DNA from: Amoebidium appalachense
Lineage: Eukaryota; Protista; Ichthyosporea
Assembly (NCBI GenBank): GCA_963693365.1
Contig: CAVNZM010000017.1
Location: forward strand, 4,197,375-4,261,374
Direction: 5' to 3'
DNA: 64,000 nt
The notes under the pieces are model-generated. The model saw only the letters and a program-made list of their open reading frames with translations. It made no database searches and was not told where the DNA came from. The position numbers and the translations under genes were made by a program. This document shows positions 1-18,354 of the stretch, in pieces (position 1 is the first letter of the stretch; every line of letters starts with the position of its first letter).

Positions 1-37
1 TTTTAGGGGCTCCCCTGGGACACTCGGTATCAGCTGG

Positions 38-91
<54 letters not shown>

Positions 92-520
92 GTGTGTGTG
101 CACGTGTGGGTGGGTGTGTGTGTGTGCGCGCGTGCGCTAGAATTTTGTAGTGATGTGTTTCTCAAGCCAATCAATCAAGGCCTCCTAAATAGCACACCAA
201 TCAATACATCTAATAAACAGGTCGTAGTTACGCGTGTTTATTAAAAATCAAGGATGTTGTAATTTACAGGTAGGCTATCTTTCTGGGTGTCTGTTGTGAA
301 TGTGACGTGTGTGTGTTGCGGTATTATGTGGTCTATCAAACTACATTTGGCGATACATGACCGTTTAAACTGGTGGACCCCTGAAAAATGTGGAGGCCAG
401 AGTCAGACGCTTTACAGCTAATCCAACCTCCAACAACAGGATATACGTTTAGAGTTTCAGGTACTCTGGTTTGCACCAGGTACCGGGGTGAGGGTTTACC
501 CATATTTCAGGGCAAGAATT

Positions 521-689
521 GGTAATGATCCATCCGCAGGTTCACCTACGGCAACCTTGTTACGACTTTTACTTCCTCTAAATGATCAAGTTTGTTCAAC
601 TTTCCGACACAGTATGTGTTGCCACACGCTGCGCCAGTCCGAAGACCTCACTAAACCATTCAATCGGTAGTAGCGACGGGCGGTGTGTA
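521..689 (-). rRNA. 3'-terminal fragment (~170 nt) of 18S rRNA (helices 44-45); orphan piece, not a full gene
   Basis: Reverse complement reads TACACACCGCCCGTCGCTACTACCGATTGAATGGTTTAGTGAGG...AAGTAAAAGTCGTAACAAGGTTGCCGTAGGTGAACCTGCGGATGGATCATTA, the universal eukaryotic SSU 3' end. Similarity stops abruptly at 689. Confidence 0.93.
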
Positions 690-851
690 GGCATACCGCA
701 CCACCGACTCAGGATATGAGGCTATGCAAGCAATTGCTGGAAGAGGGCAAGGGTACTGAGTAAATGAATGGAACGCTTTCCACAGACAAAATCTCAGTAG
801 GCTAGAAAGAACACAAAAACATGCTGTTCGTTTGTGTGACCAAACGGCGAT

Positions 852-896
852 GCATTGCGGTCCGCGGTTGGGCCGCATTGCGGTCCGCGGTTGGGC
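852..896. repeat. Short tandem duplication of GCATTGCGGTCCGCGGTTGGGC
   Basis: 22-mer at 852-873 and again at 875-896. Confidence 0.85.
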
Positions 897-935
897 TAAC
901 GGCGGCACAATAAGCCTGCCGATGACTGCATTACT

Positions 936-1469
936 ATATGAGCGTAATCAGCGGCATAGTATAGGGGGAGCCATGAGGCTCGGGCAGGGTCTCGGCGGAT
1001 CTGGTCTCTGCCTATGACTCCAAGTACAAATTCATATGCGTGTGATTGTGGGACAATCTCACTCATACATCTCGGCGGCGGGAGTGAGCTCGCCCCGAGC
1101 TCATAGCAGTGCGCAGTGGAAAGCGGCTAGGCCATCAGAGGGCGGTCGGGCTGTCTCTGCTACCATATATGAGCGTAATCAGCGGCATAGTATAGGGGGA
1201 GCCATGAGGCTCGGGCAGGGACAATCTCACTCATACATCTCGGCGGCGGGAGTGAGCTCGCCCCGAGCTCATAGCAGTGCGCAGTGGAAAGCGGCTAGGC
1301 CATCAGAGGGCGGTCGGGCTGTCTCTGCTACCATATATGAGCGTAATCAGCGGCATAGTATAGGGGGAGCCATGAGGCTCGGGCAGGGTCTCGGCGGATC
1401 TGGTCTCTGCCTATGACTCCAAGTACAAATTCATATGCGTGTGATTGTGGGACAATCTCACTCATACAT
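936..1469. repeat. Modular tandem repeat array with block order A-B-C-D-A-C-D-A-B-C
   Basis: Block A (TATATGAGCGTAATCAGCGGCATAG...) starts at ~936, 1166 and 1335. Block B starts at ~990 and 1389, C at ~1053, 1221 and 1452, and D at ~1071 and 1239. Copies look identical by eye. Confidence 0.9.
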
Positions 1470-3933
1470 TACGTGACTTTGGAAACGTGTAATTGGTTAT
1501 TATTAGCCAATCATTGATTTGTGCACCGTTTTGATTGGTGAAACAACAACATATCAATATTATTGGCTATAGGTCATCACAGTTTTAATACGGTCTGGTT
1601 TGGTATGATTCTTATTTGGTTCGGTTCGTTCGTGTGAGATTTCGTGCCAAGTTGGTTTGCAAAACCACGTGCACGTGCACTGGCGCCTGCACGATAACAT
1701 GCGCATGGTGCCGTGACCTCCAGAGAAGAATAATTTTGTAGCACTCAGCATAAGCACTGCAAGCTACTGATGAATACTACATAATACAAGGTAAAGCGCT
1801 TGCAATTTTGTTTACAAACAACGACAACACCACCAACAACCAAAAAAAAAAAAAAAAAAAAAAAAAAATTCTCCAGTGTTGATCATGAGTTTGGATTTCT
1901 GTTGAATTTGCCTGCTGGTTCTTAGTCGTGTGAAGAACCAGTACCGTGAGTGAGCACCTCAGACGACGGCGAGTGTGTTTGTTTGACCGTATGCCATGTG
2001 TAAAGTCAGAGTGCACTCAACTTTGGGAAACAGAATTTTGTTGATGATGTCGATATAAGCCTTTTTCTAACTTGGCCCTTGCTATTCTGCCAGTAGACAG
2101 TCTTGATCCTGCCTGGGTCTGTTTGAAATGCTTAGTCTTACCAGTGCGAGTTACCACTAGGCAAGCTACGTGAATTCGGACTTCATACAGCTCGCAGGCT
2201 TGACTTGCACGTGCGCACGTGTTTCTGTTCGGTGAACCATTTAGAAGATCACGTACCAAAATGGAACGCGTGGCTTCGAGCTCGCTGTGGAAAAGCAGAA
2301 ACATGTCCCTCGCTATGGCACCTGATAAGCGAGAAAAGAAAGAGGGAGAAAAAAAATCTTTTCTGTGATGAAACGGAGAGACACTGTGTGTGCACAGAAC
2401 AAGCCAAACCACCCAGTGGTGTGGCAGCAGGCTGGATGAAGAGGTGTGTGTCACACATGGCATGAACCAGGCTTTTACATAAACAGGAGGTGCCACTCAC
2501 ATTTCTCTCGTACTAGTAGGCTCATAACTTCTTCTCCCGTTGTGTAGCTGTTTAATAGAATACCGACATAGTATACAGGCATTCATTTTCTCCATAAATT
2601 TTTTCTAATCGTTGCTTGCAGAGGAAATATAACGACAGAAAACTTAAATTAGGTTACTAGTCTTGGAGTAAATTTGAATAGGTTCCAAAAGAAAAAAGGC
2701 TTGACCAGAAATCGCCAAAGAGCTACGTTTTGCCCTAATGAGGACTTGGAGCTCAGAACGGGTCGTTTCATTTTCCCACCCGTTTTCCCCTTCCCACTTC
2801 AATGAGCAAAAGTGTTACAGTATCTTTTCAGTTTTTCGTTTCACTCCCCATCCCTATTTCACTGGATTCTCACAGGCAGAGCTGTAACACTTGACAGAGT
2901 CACGAACACTCAATACACACCTTCTTCAGAACTCGTTCACAATGACAGGTTACTGATATCTGTGTCTGTGTGTCACGGGCAAGTTCACAACCTTCACCTG
3001 GGGTTCAGTGCAATCAGCTGGCGCGTTACTACATAGAACAACAACCCGCCACTGCGGCTGCCAGAGAAAAACACAAAACAAACAGGTTCACGTGCAAGCA
3101 CGGTAAGCTGACAGCTCATACAAAAGGGCGCTGCTATCTGATGGAGAAGGGTCATTATTGTTCTTGACAGTATGAGTTTCAAGTTGGTTTTAGTTCTGAC
3201 AAGCTTGTAACTAACTGCGCAGGTTACATGTCTTTTGCCAAGAAAACAAACCGGTGGAGAAAGACTCAAAACTGCAGCTGGGAGCAGCTGAGGAATTTCT
3301 GTCCCCACTGGCTATATGAAGGTGAATTTCTTCTGGATAGAACGGTGGTGAGGTGAGTGGAATCTTGAAAAAGAAAGGAAGGATGTAACTTAAAAAGGGG
3401 GGGGGGGGGGGGGAGAAGGGGGGGGGGGGGGGGGGGGGAGGGGGGCAAGCGAATTAGTTGCGGAATTTTATGAATAAGCTCCAGTAGTGCATTTCTGTTT
3501 CATTCTTAGCGGATAGCGATCCATTACAAAGTGCCGCTTCAGCGCCCCCCCCCCCCCCCCCCCCCCCCTCGCCCTCTCTCTCAATCTCTCTCTCTCTCCC
3601 TTTCTGTCTCTCTCTCTATCTTCCCCCCCCCCCCTTCCCCCCACCCCAACCCCCTTTTTCTATCACTTCTAACAGCAAGAAACATTCGGAAAATCTGCAT
3701 TTGGGACCGTCGGGTAGGCTAGGTACTCCCTCCGTCTTTGAGTAAGCCACCACCCACTCACCCACGTGCACCGCTGATTTCCCTGACAACCTACGACACA
3801 GGTGCATCACCACATACTAGCACCGCATGTTTCCCTCTAACTTCAACTGAGTGAAAGACCTTTTTTTTTTTTTTTTTTTTAGAAAATAAAAACTTTGAAT
3901 AACGTAATTGATGTGCCCCTCAACACATACACC

Positions 3934-3992
<59 letters not shown>

Positions 3993-4554
3993 ACCACCAC
4001 TACCACCACCACCACCACCACCATCACCATTGCCGCCGCCACAAACAAAACAAAATAGAAATAAAAATACAAAGAAAAAGAAAATTTTAGCTTTCCGATT
4101 TTGACCTTTCAAACACTAGCTACACAGCGCCCAGCTGAATTTGAGGCTTTTAGGACGGCTACTGGCTCGTATTCCACCTCTTGCAGGGCTGAAAAGACGT
4201 TGTTTTTAACAGCGCCATTTTTTTTATTTTTTTTAAATTTGTTATAATCGGATGACATTTTCACCTGTTATCTAGCATATATATTAGGGCTACCATAGTA
4301 TACACCCAAGCGCTAAGTTATCTTGAGTATATGATTCGGACTTAGATAACTCAGATTGCATTGTAAACTGTTATCTACTAGGATTTATCTCTTTATCCTC
4401 CCGCACGAAACCATGTCACGCACTGAAGCATCGTACATAGAATACAATCGCTTCCTTTATATTCTTTATTTTTAACTTTAAAACCAAATGACTCTACACC
4501 AGCACTTTGCACTCAAGTAGCACCAGTATATTTCCTAAGCGTAAAATTTTAAAA

Positions 4555-4586
<32 letters not shown>

Positions 4587-4609
4587 CCCTTCTTAATTTC
4601 GGATACAAG

Positions 4610-8570
<3,961 letters not shown>

Positions 8571-9559
8571 ACTTGCTTAATCGGGCGCTGAGAAAGGAAA
8601 TTTGCACGTACCGGGGGAAGTTTTTATCAATGCGAAGAGTTGGGGTTTTCAGTGATTGCCCTGAAACTTGGGCACAATAAATGAGAATATCCGCCTGCAC
8701 GAAAGAGGGGAAACGGGATATTTACCGAACATGGGGACGGGTGTTTCTGTTTGGATATGTCACTATGTTGAAGAGACTTGCAACCGGCACCAATTACAAT
8801 GGAGTGGGGATCGCGAGTCATGTTTGTGTGATATCATATTTTTTGAACAACACACACACACACATGGGATTTTGACGTGCGGAACGTGTACACATCGATG
8901 CGTATACGGTAACCATAGGACATTGGCATGTATACAGAATATGTATATCATATATGGCACACCCACACACACATCAATGTGTACATTAATAATCACAGTC
9001 ACACACACACGTGCGCTCAGACATGGCATTCAGTAAACGAAGGCTCTGGCATGTTTTTGCATAGGCCTTCGTTTCACTTCAAACAAGAGCGCGTGCACAC
9101 AATAGTAGCTGATTTGGCTGGTTGTGTGAAAATCTGGTTTAGCATTTGCAGGGGTGTACGCACGTGCATGACAGTTTACACGAAAAGACAACACATAGCC
9201 CTGCAACTTTGGATGACGTCTCTCCTATTGAACTTAACAGGCTTTACTGGCGCTCAAAGTTTAAATCTTTATTATACAGATTTTATTTTTTTAGCATGTC
9301 CTTTTTTGTCGCTGCCTATTGCCTTTGATCCTACCTCAGAATTTTCAAATCGTTGGGATATGTATGTAACCGAGCGCGGCCCATGCGAATGTGGTGCAAG
9401 CCTTATACATACGAATTTGATTATAAACTATTACCTTATTGAATTCTTCAATTTCCGGTACTACACATACACACGTGTGGGTTGTCTTTGTATTTGGATC
9501 AGCATGAATCAAGGAAGGGGCTCTGTGGCCTCCCTTTACCATCCATAGCTATACGGTCC

Positions 9560-9590
<31 letters not shown>

Positions 9591-9604
9591 ACTCCCCTTC
9601 ACTC

Positions 9605-9649
<45 letters not shown>

Positions 9650-9705
9650 TCGAGCAGCCTAGGTTTCGAATTCCGTTTTCTTTCTTTTCTTCCTTTTCTT
9701 TTTTT

Positions 9706-9739
<34 letters not shown>

Positions 9740-12381
9740 CTTTAAAAAAAGGTTTTCTTTCCAGGTTGTTATAACGCACACGTGTGCTACTATTCCAAGC
9801 CCGTTGCCATTTTCCACCTCGCGCACGTACGAAAGGCGCGGCATCGCTCAGCAACTTGAAGCATTCTACTACCAATTCGGTGCCTCCCTCTAGCTAGACT
9901 AGTTCCGGGCCTATAGACCCCTCCCCCCCCCCCCCCCCCCCCCTTCCCCCTTCCCCCCCCCCCCCCCCCCCCCCAACCCCCGGCGCGCCCTGTATTCAGC
10001 TTTTCACTGAATGATCGAAGCTTAAGCTTCACGAGCTTGGCTGCCCCCCCACCCCCCCCCCCCCCCCCTCCCCCCGAGCCCCCCCCCCCCCCCCCCCCCT
10101 CCCCCCTCCTCTCCCCGAGGCTCCCCCTCCCCCTCCCTCCCTGCACACACACATGTACACACACTCACACCTCACCATCCCCCCCCCCCCCCCCTCCCCC
10201 CCCCTCCCCCCACATTTTCCTTCTCACCATCCGTTTCTAAGGCCTAAGCCCCCCAGGCCCTCCCTGCCTGGCCTCCGACCATCGTAGACTACCTCTCCCC
10301 CCATCCCCGTCAGCAAAACGAACACATGTATGTGTCGAGAGGGAGCCCCGGGATGCTATGCACGTGTTTGCACGCACACGTGTGTGTGTGTGCATGTGCA
10401 CACGTGCATACTTGTGCTGTACATGTATACATTCTATTAGGTGTACTGACTGTGTCTTGCCCTTTCTTTCCGCATTATTATCATCCCCCCTCCCCCCCCC
10501 CCCCCCCCTCCCCTGGCATCCCCCCTTCTCCTCTAACCCCCCCCCCCCCCCCCCCCAACTCCCCCCTGCATAGTGTGTATATGCGAATGTGAAACCGTGT
10601 GCCGTGTATGTGTGTGTCTGAACGGAGGCCTAGCAGGGAGAGGGGGGGGGGGGGGGGGGGGGGGGGAGGGGGGGGGGGGGGGGGGGGGAGGGGGGGAGGG
10701 GGGGGAAGGGGGGGGGGGGGGGGGCAGTTGTTCTGCCGTACAGTATGTAGTCGTACTTTTGGATAGCCATGCCTATTGCTGCAACCCGACCCACCTTCCC
10801 CCCCCCCCCCCCCCTTTCCCCCAGGTAACAATTTGGGTTTAATATCGAATATGGGGGCACCCAGCTGCTTAAAGGCAAGGGGAAGGGGGGGGGGGGAGGG
10901 GGGGGGGGGGGGGGGGGGATTAGCGCATTCAATTCCGTATACACTTGTCTTGTCGAGATTGGAAAGGAGGGGAAGGAGGGGAGGGGGGGGGGGGGGGGGG
11001 AGAGGGGGGGAATTAGTGCAAAGCCCATGTACGTGTCATGTCGAGATTGGGGTGTATCAAGGCCCCCTTAATTTCTGATATGTACACGTGGAAGTTTGTG
11101 TGCATGTTTGTTTGGGCTAAAAAAAAAAAAGGGGGGGGGGGGGGGGGGGGGGGGGGGGGAGGGAGGAGGGGAGTGAGTCTCTTTCCCATATTTGGGATGT
11201 GTGTGTGTGTGTGTGTGTGTGTGCTGGTGATGAATCGGTGGCTTGGGATGAGGGGCACATAATATGGCTTCATATCGTACATGTGCAAGTTGGCGTGGAA
11301 ACGCACGTGTGAGTGTCTGCTTGTAGCCGAGAGGAAAGGCACAGACACACACATTAGGGGCTGGGAGAACCTGTAAGCAATTGGAACAGTGGAGGATTTT
11401 TTTTGGCGTTCCTCTCTTTCTACTTTTTTTACGTTGTGTGTGTTGGTGTGTATGTGAATGTGCAACTGTGTGTTTATGCATGTGTGTGAGTGAATCTCTC
11501 TCTCTCTCTGTGTGTGTGTGGGCGTGCATGTGGTAGTGGTGATGGTGGTTTGTGTGTGTGTGTGTTTTTTTTTTTTTCGTGTGTGTGTGTGTGTGTGTCT
11601 GGGGGGGGGGGGGGGGGGGGGGAGAAGAAACGTTTATTCACAGATCACGGTTCCTGCGATTATGGACATTATTATTATTAGACTTTTGCCATGCACATCC
11701 TCCTAAATACGGCCCAATGCACATAGACATGGGGGGTACCCATATTGGCTTCGCCGCTCATGTGCTTGCGCAAATTAGTGCTAATATACCACACGCTTAC
11801 ACCCACAAGAATTACGGTTTGCGTCGGCGCCATTCTCTCTGCGTCTGTAACCAACCCCCTCCCCCCCTCCCCCCCGCGCCGCCCTAGAGACACGAAACCT
11901 ACATGCGTGGACGCACACACACACATACACCCGCCATCACTCACACACGGCCAAAAACAAACCACATCAGAAAGCTCTGTAAGCTTGTATGCAAAGACAA
12001 ATACACTCATCTTATACCCCTATTAAACACACACACACAAACACATGGCTTGTTGAAGGACCACACCATGCATACTACTAAAAGCGGATACCGTGTTGAG
12101 TAGAACACAGCCCACTGTCTAGAAATAAAAAAATTTCAACCCAAGTTTTAGTGCGCCTGGCAGTACCAGAAATTTATGACGTTTTCCCCCGAAAGACCCC
12201 CCCACCCCCAAAAAACACATACATACACAACCACCACCACTTACACAATTCTATGCCTATTATACCAACATCCACCTTTCTCTGCCTGTCAGTTTGCCGT
12301 TTCTGCTAAGAGAACGACCAGCATTTGGGAGCAAGCTTACACAACGAAAAACAACACAACGTGACACCTACATGGGATCCA

Positions 12382-12414
<33 letters not shown>

Positions 12415-12530
12415 AACACACACACACACTCTCTCTACAGGCTACTAATTACATCTGCCCGTGTAGATGGTATGGCACATACTTCCTCCCCCCCCCCCAA
12501 CCCAACCCCCACACACACTCGCACACTTAC

Positions 12531-13745
12531 TCACTCTTCCTCGGCGTCATCGCCATCCTCCTCCTCCCCCTCCTGCTCCTCTTGCTCATCGTGCCCAGCT
12601 TCCCCCTCGCCCTCCCCCTCTTCCTCCCCGTCACCATCGTCAACTCCCTCCTCATGTTGCTCTCCCATCCGTTCCTGCTTCATTTCTTGCTCTCCCTCAT
12701 GTTCCGAACCATCATGTTCCTCACCATGCCCAATGTCTGGTTGTTCATCCTCCGTATTTGTCGCTGAAACTGACCCATCATTCTGTGATGACTGCTTGAG
12801 AGGAGGCCGCCCTCGCCCCTTGGGCTCATACGTTATGAACCCAGGGTGTTTAATGCGTTGATGTTGTATCATGGAATTCTCCGACGCGTATTTCCGGCCA
12901 CATTCTGGGTAGCTGCACGCCCAATCACGCTGTAGCTCCTTGTGTGTTCGCCTGTGACGCTGCTTCTTGGGAACCATGCGGCTATAACTATAGTTCCCAC
13001 CAGCAGCGTTCACAACTGAGGATTCGAGGGAGACGGAACCCCGTTTTGGCGTCGTGCTGAAGGCGCTTGCCAAACTGGGAGTGAGCGTCGATGGATTAGA
13101 GACGAAAGGAGGAGGGTAGTAGAGAGCAAACGGGTTGCTTGCGTAGGCCACCGCCGCCGCCGCCGCCGCCGCCTGAGATGCGGTTGCTTGGGCGCCCGAG
13201 GGGAGAACCGTTTGTATCTTCTTGCTAATGATTTGGTATTGTGTGTCCGTGTAGACATTAATTACATCACCGTCGCGAAGCACCTCAATTTCTTCCACAT
13301 CTGCCTCGTCTACGCGAAAGTGAAGTCGTTCCCCCAGGTCGTCGATCTTAAAGGCAGCCCTTGCCAGGTCTTGTAGTTGTTCCAGCGAGTCTGGAAGAAT
13401 AAGAAGCTTCACTTGGTGCGCCTCCTCCCCGACCATCAACTGTAGCTTGACACGCTTCCCCACATTCACGTTAGGAACGGTTGCTAGGGGGGTGAAAGAT
13501 GATAGGTCTGGTTGGGGTTGGTATGGCGGGGCTAAAGACATGTTGGGCATTTGACCGGGGGGTGGGGCAGCTGGAGCCGCTCCGCCCGCCGTGTGCGTCC
13601 GTGCGCTTATGTTGGCGTTTGAAAAAGAAAACGTTGGGTGGTGGATTGGGATTCTGACGCGTAGGCGCCAGGAAGCAAACAGAAGTAAGGACCGTTCAGC
13701 TTTGGAAAATAAGAAAAAATAGAAGAAAAAAAGGGATTTGGGCAA
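12531..13745 (-). CDS. KHA-like (ubiquitin-fold) domain, single C2H2 zinc finger, AT-hook-like motif and acidic tail; true start uncertain (first ATG at 13550)
   Basis: KLLILPDSLEQLQDLARAAF...DEADVEEIEVLRDGDVINV resembles the KHA signature. Also CSYPECGRKYASENSMIQHQRIKH (C2H2), KGRGRP and an E/D/G-rich C-terminus. Confidence 0.75.
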   Translation of the reverse strand: MPKSLFFFYFFLFSKAERSLLLFASWRLRVRIPIHHPTFSFSNANISARTHTAGGAAPAAPPPGQMPNMSLAPPYQPQPDLSSFTPLATVPNVNVGKRVKLQLMVGEEAHQVKLLILPDSLEQLQDLARAAFKIDDLGERLHFRVDEADVEEIEVLRDGDVINVYTDTQYQIISKKIQTVLPSGAQATASQAAAAAAAVAYASNPFALYYPPPFVSNPSTLTPSLASAFSTTPKRGSVSLESSVVNAAGGNYSYSRMVPKKQRHRRTHKELQRDWACSYPECGRKYASENSMIQHQRIKHPGFITYEPKGRGRPPLKQSSQNDGSVSATNTEDEQPDIGHGEEHDGSEHEGEQEMKQERMGEQHEEGVDDGDGEEEGEGEGEAGHDEQEEQEGEEEDGDDAEEE

Positions 13746-15269
13746 AAAGAAAGTGGCTTAAGGCGTGTTTAAAAAAAAATAGGCGACACGCTGCGCGCAA
13801 AAGACAATCAGAAATCCAGAAAGGGCGACCTAACAACGAAGTCAACACAAAATGCTGCTGGAAGGGTGGGGATTTTTCTAAGATTCTCCACTAAGGCGTC
13901 TCGAAAAGCAACAACGAAGAAGCACGACCATAAGGTATGATCAAAATACGCCAAGAACCATATAGCATTACTAATCTTGCAGAAGATTCACAACCATTGA
14001 AGCCTACGTCGATGTTTCTGCGCCTAGAAAAGAAAGACTCTGAAAAAACGAACTCTGTGAGTGGCTGCGACCGTTTTTGGCGCCAGCCCGCACCAACAAC
14101 GGACACAGAAGTCCAGATATGGTAGGTGGCACGTGACAGATCTAACTACGCAATCCGATTGCCTGTCTATGACATCCCGCCGCATCTTTTGCACCCAGAT
14201 CTGGGGCCACAAATAAATTTACTGTACCGTACATCATGCGATATAGTCGAAAAAATATATACATGGCTCGTGTGTGAAGGCAGCTAATTTACAAGTATAC
14301 GTGTACATTTGCTCTTGGCGCGTAAGTTACTTAGTACGGCTCAGTATACAATGAGACGATCCGGCCATTACCTGCTTCTCAAGCGGCCTCTCCAAATCTT
14401 ATCGGATAATCGGAGTCTATAAAACTGCATTCATTTGATAAAACAGCACCAACGCATTTCTGGAGTTGAAGTCCACATTATGACCAAATTTACACCTTTA
14501 ATCGATTTTAAGCTGCCTATAGCGTAATATGGTGTATTGATTCGTCAGAAAAGTTTAAACTGTAAGGTCCTGGTCGCTAAAATCTTTTATGACCGTGATT
14601 TTGTTAGGATGGCCCGACCAAGTGTTGAACATGTATGATACACGTGCACATGCAAGGAACAACAAGCCCGTTTGTGATGTTTCGCCACTATCCAGCCAAC
14701 ATTTACATGCATGTCATATGTTTACAATAGACATAAACCAAGTTGTGCAGGGTAAATTTTTCTTTGGTCAAGGGGTAGCGTCAACTCCGTCGTTGTAAGT
14801 TTTTCTTTTGTTTGCTGCCACATGGCAAGAGGAAAAGTCACGAGTGTCAAGTCACATCTCAACTTGTCAATTAACATCACGTTGATTCGACCTAGTATGG
14901 ACACCTGATACCCTCTCCGCATGGAAAATGACAAAACAAAATCATGGGTACAACCAGTTGGTAGGAAGGGCAGCATTTGTTTTCACGTGGCATTACGCGA
15001 GAATAGCAGGCATTTTGGGTATTCTTACTCATACTTCCAGAGATAGGTATCCATACAATGGAAACACTTGCTTTATGCACACGTTGCAAGATCAAAAAAC
15101 CACGAACATACCGTTAGAACTGAGCACTCACAGCCACTAGCACGGACCTCTTAGACTGAATTCTAGGGCATCTAACCCTCAAGATTCCTGCTGGGTTTTA
15201 TAAACAAGTGGACACCGCACAGGCACACGAAGGATCCGTTTTATTTATTATTTATTTCTATTTGATTTT

Positions 15270-15353
<84 letters not shown>

Positions 15354-15582
15354 TAAGGGGAGGAAGTGGGGAGACGCGGATCATACATGTCCGCTGGAAA
15401 AAAGCAAACCTATGACATGACTCAAACACACATCTGGCCAACCCGCTGTATGCAGCCGCAGTTTTTTACCTGTTCGTCTGGTTTTTTTTGCATCTTTCTA
15501 ACTGTTTCTTCCGCTAACAGATACCGGAACATCAACTACACTTAGCTTGCAATAGGGCCTTTTGCCCTGAGCAACGAGGAAA

Positions 15583-15829
15583 ATGGGGAAACCAGGTGGA
15601 AAGAGAGATGGGGGGGGAAAGAACAAGTTCACCAACCGGCTCAAGAAGAGCAACTCGAGCATGAACCCTGGTGAGTTCTAAGCACAGAACATGGGATCAC
15701 ACAGCCTTAGTTCGTGACGTTCGCTTGCAGCACTCACAGATAGGCACAAGCTGACATAACTGTACACACACATATCCACACATACACCCATCCACACACG
15801 CACACACACCTACTCACCAACACACACAC

Positions 15830-15888
<59 letters not shown>

Positions 15889-17175
15889 CACACACATCCA
15901 CTTAAGCGGACAAGCCTGCTCGCACGCCACACACAAACACACACACTATGCCCTCTTAGTTACACATGTATAAACACTCATGTGCAGAGAAGCTCAAGTT
16001 GCGCCCCCCCCCCCCCCCCCCCCCCCCCACCCCCCCCCCCACACACACACACACACACACACACACCCCTCCCGCCCTCCTCATTCCCCAGCCCTCTAAC
16101 ACGGATGGTTCTTTTACAGCCACACAGAGTCCGTTTGACAAACACATGCACTTAGGCGTGCGCGCGCACACACACATACACACAGAGCTGCCAAGCAAAA
16201 CGGACACCAAAACATGCACCCGCATACGCATACACACTCGCTCAGCCCCACCAACACCTACACCCATATTCAGAGAGACGGGCATCTTTCACAAGCCCCA
16301 CGTGCACGAACACACATGCCTGAACATGCACACACACACACATGCCACATGCAGACGGAGATACAAATGCAAAAAAAGGGCACACACGTATGCGCGCGCA
16401 CACACACACGCACAGACACACACACACATGATGCATGCACACGCACATGCGTACACAAGTCAACGCACGCATGCACAAGCACAGGCACAGGTTCAGGTAC
16501 AATGATCATACACACGCGCAGAGGAACACACACATAGGCACCTGTACAAATTAACGGAAGAAGCCTCCTTAGAGTGGCCCCTTCCTTCTGCCTGCATACA
16601 CGTGTGCACCGCTGTTAGTTTCCTGGAGCTTGCCTATGATAAAGGAATCTGTGTAACAAAGGAAACCTGTGTGTTTTTTTCCAACAACAAAAAATACATT
16701 AAAAAGGAATCTGTGTGTTCTACCTGTAAATAAACAAAACTAGTAGAATCCGTATGTGTTTTACTCAAAACTTACATTTTCGGCTACAGACAATGACAAC
16801 AGGAAAGCCCTGCCCGGGACGCACATGCGTGACAGAGCCACCATCAATCGGCTCAAGATGTACAAGAGTGGTGGCAAGGTCAGTGTTTTTTTTTGCACGT
16901 ACACACAAACTAGTGCGTGTAATCACACAAGTATAGGTGTACCACCTGCACACACACGCATGCATGCACGTATGTGCTCACACAAACCCACGAGCACACA
17001 CGCGTACATGCGCACCACGTACTTTGCCATCTGCAAACACACACAGGAACCGGCACAGGCACGCAAACACACACACACACACACATACACTCACACACCC
17101 ACACACACACATACACTCACACACCCATTGACACACACACACACACACACACACATACACTCACACACCCATTGA

Positions 17176-17212
<37 letters not shown>

Positions 17213-17343
17213 ACCCATTGACACACACACACACACACACATACACTCACACACCCATTGACACACACACACACACACACATACACCCACACACCCATTG
17301 ACATACACACACACACACACATACACTCACACGACCACACGAC

Positions 17344-17375
<32 letters not shown>

Positions 17376-18025
17376 CGTACACATAGATCTACACCACGTG
17401 AAGCCCTCATTAAATATGTCTTTGCATTTGCAGGCTTTGGCTGTATTCCCCCAATCCCCCCCCGTCCCCCCCCCCCCCCCCCCCCCCCCCCTCCTCCTCC
17501 CTTCCCCCGCCCCCTCCTTTAAACATCCCCATTCCAGCAAATGACGGCCTCCCCCCTCCTTCCCTCCCTTTCCACGTGTTGCTAGCTTGGCGTCTAAAAC
17601 TAGCCCCTGCTTTCCGGCCGGGCACTCCAACCCCCCCCCCCCCCCCCCCCCCCCCCCAGCATGCACGCACCCACAGGCACATGCAAGCTTATGCGCTCGA
17701 GCACACATTCTTGCACTCGCATTCTGGCTTCTACACATCATTCACACACCTACACACACACACATGCACCCTCCGTGTAATTTCCCCACACACACTAACC
17801 CACTCTTATTTCTACAGACACACATACACTACATGCAACCTCCCCCTCCCCCCCCCCCCACCCCCCACCCCCCGCTCCCCTTGCCTCTCCCCTCCCCTAC
17901 CCCCCCCCCCCCCCCCCACCCACTCACCCACCCAGCCACACATACACACCCTCTCCCTCAAATGTGGATTCACACATATACCCCCTCCCCCCGTCCCCCC
18001 ACTTCCACACACAGGCCACACCCCT

Positions 18026-18087
<62 letters not shown>

Positions 18088-18112
18088 ACACCCACACACA
18101 CACACACCCTCA

Positions 18113-18143
<31 letters not shown>

Positions 18144-18177
18144 CGAACACATGCGCACACACACATGCACACACACA

Positions 18178-18227
<50 letters not shown>

Positions 18228-18231
18228 CATG

Positions 18232-18283
<52 letters not shown>

Positions 18284-18298
18284 CACACACACACGCAT

Positions 18299-18354
<56 letters not shown>

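Noticed and set aside
1-9. Telomeric repeat TTTTAGGGG at the window start
   Set aside because: Single copy, and the wrong orientation for a left chromosome end.
690-935. Group I intron interrupting the 18S gene near S1389
   Set aside because: The break is about 3 nt from that site, the putative intron does not end in G, no P7 core is recognisable, and no upstream 18S exon is present in the window.
936-1469. CRISPR-like array
   Set aside because: The spacer-like blocks are themselves repeated, the context is eukaryotic, and there are no cas genes.
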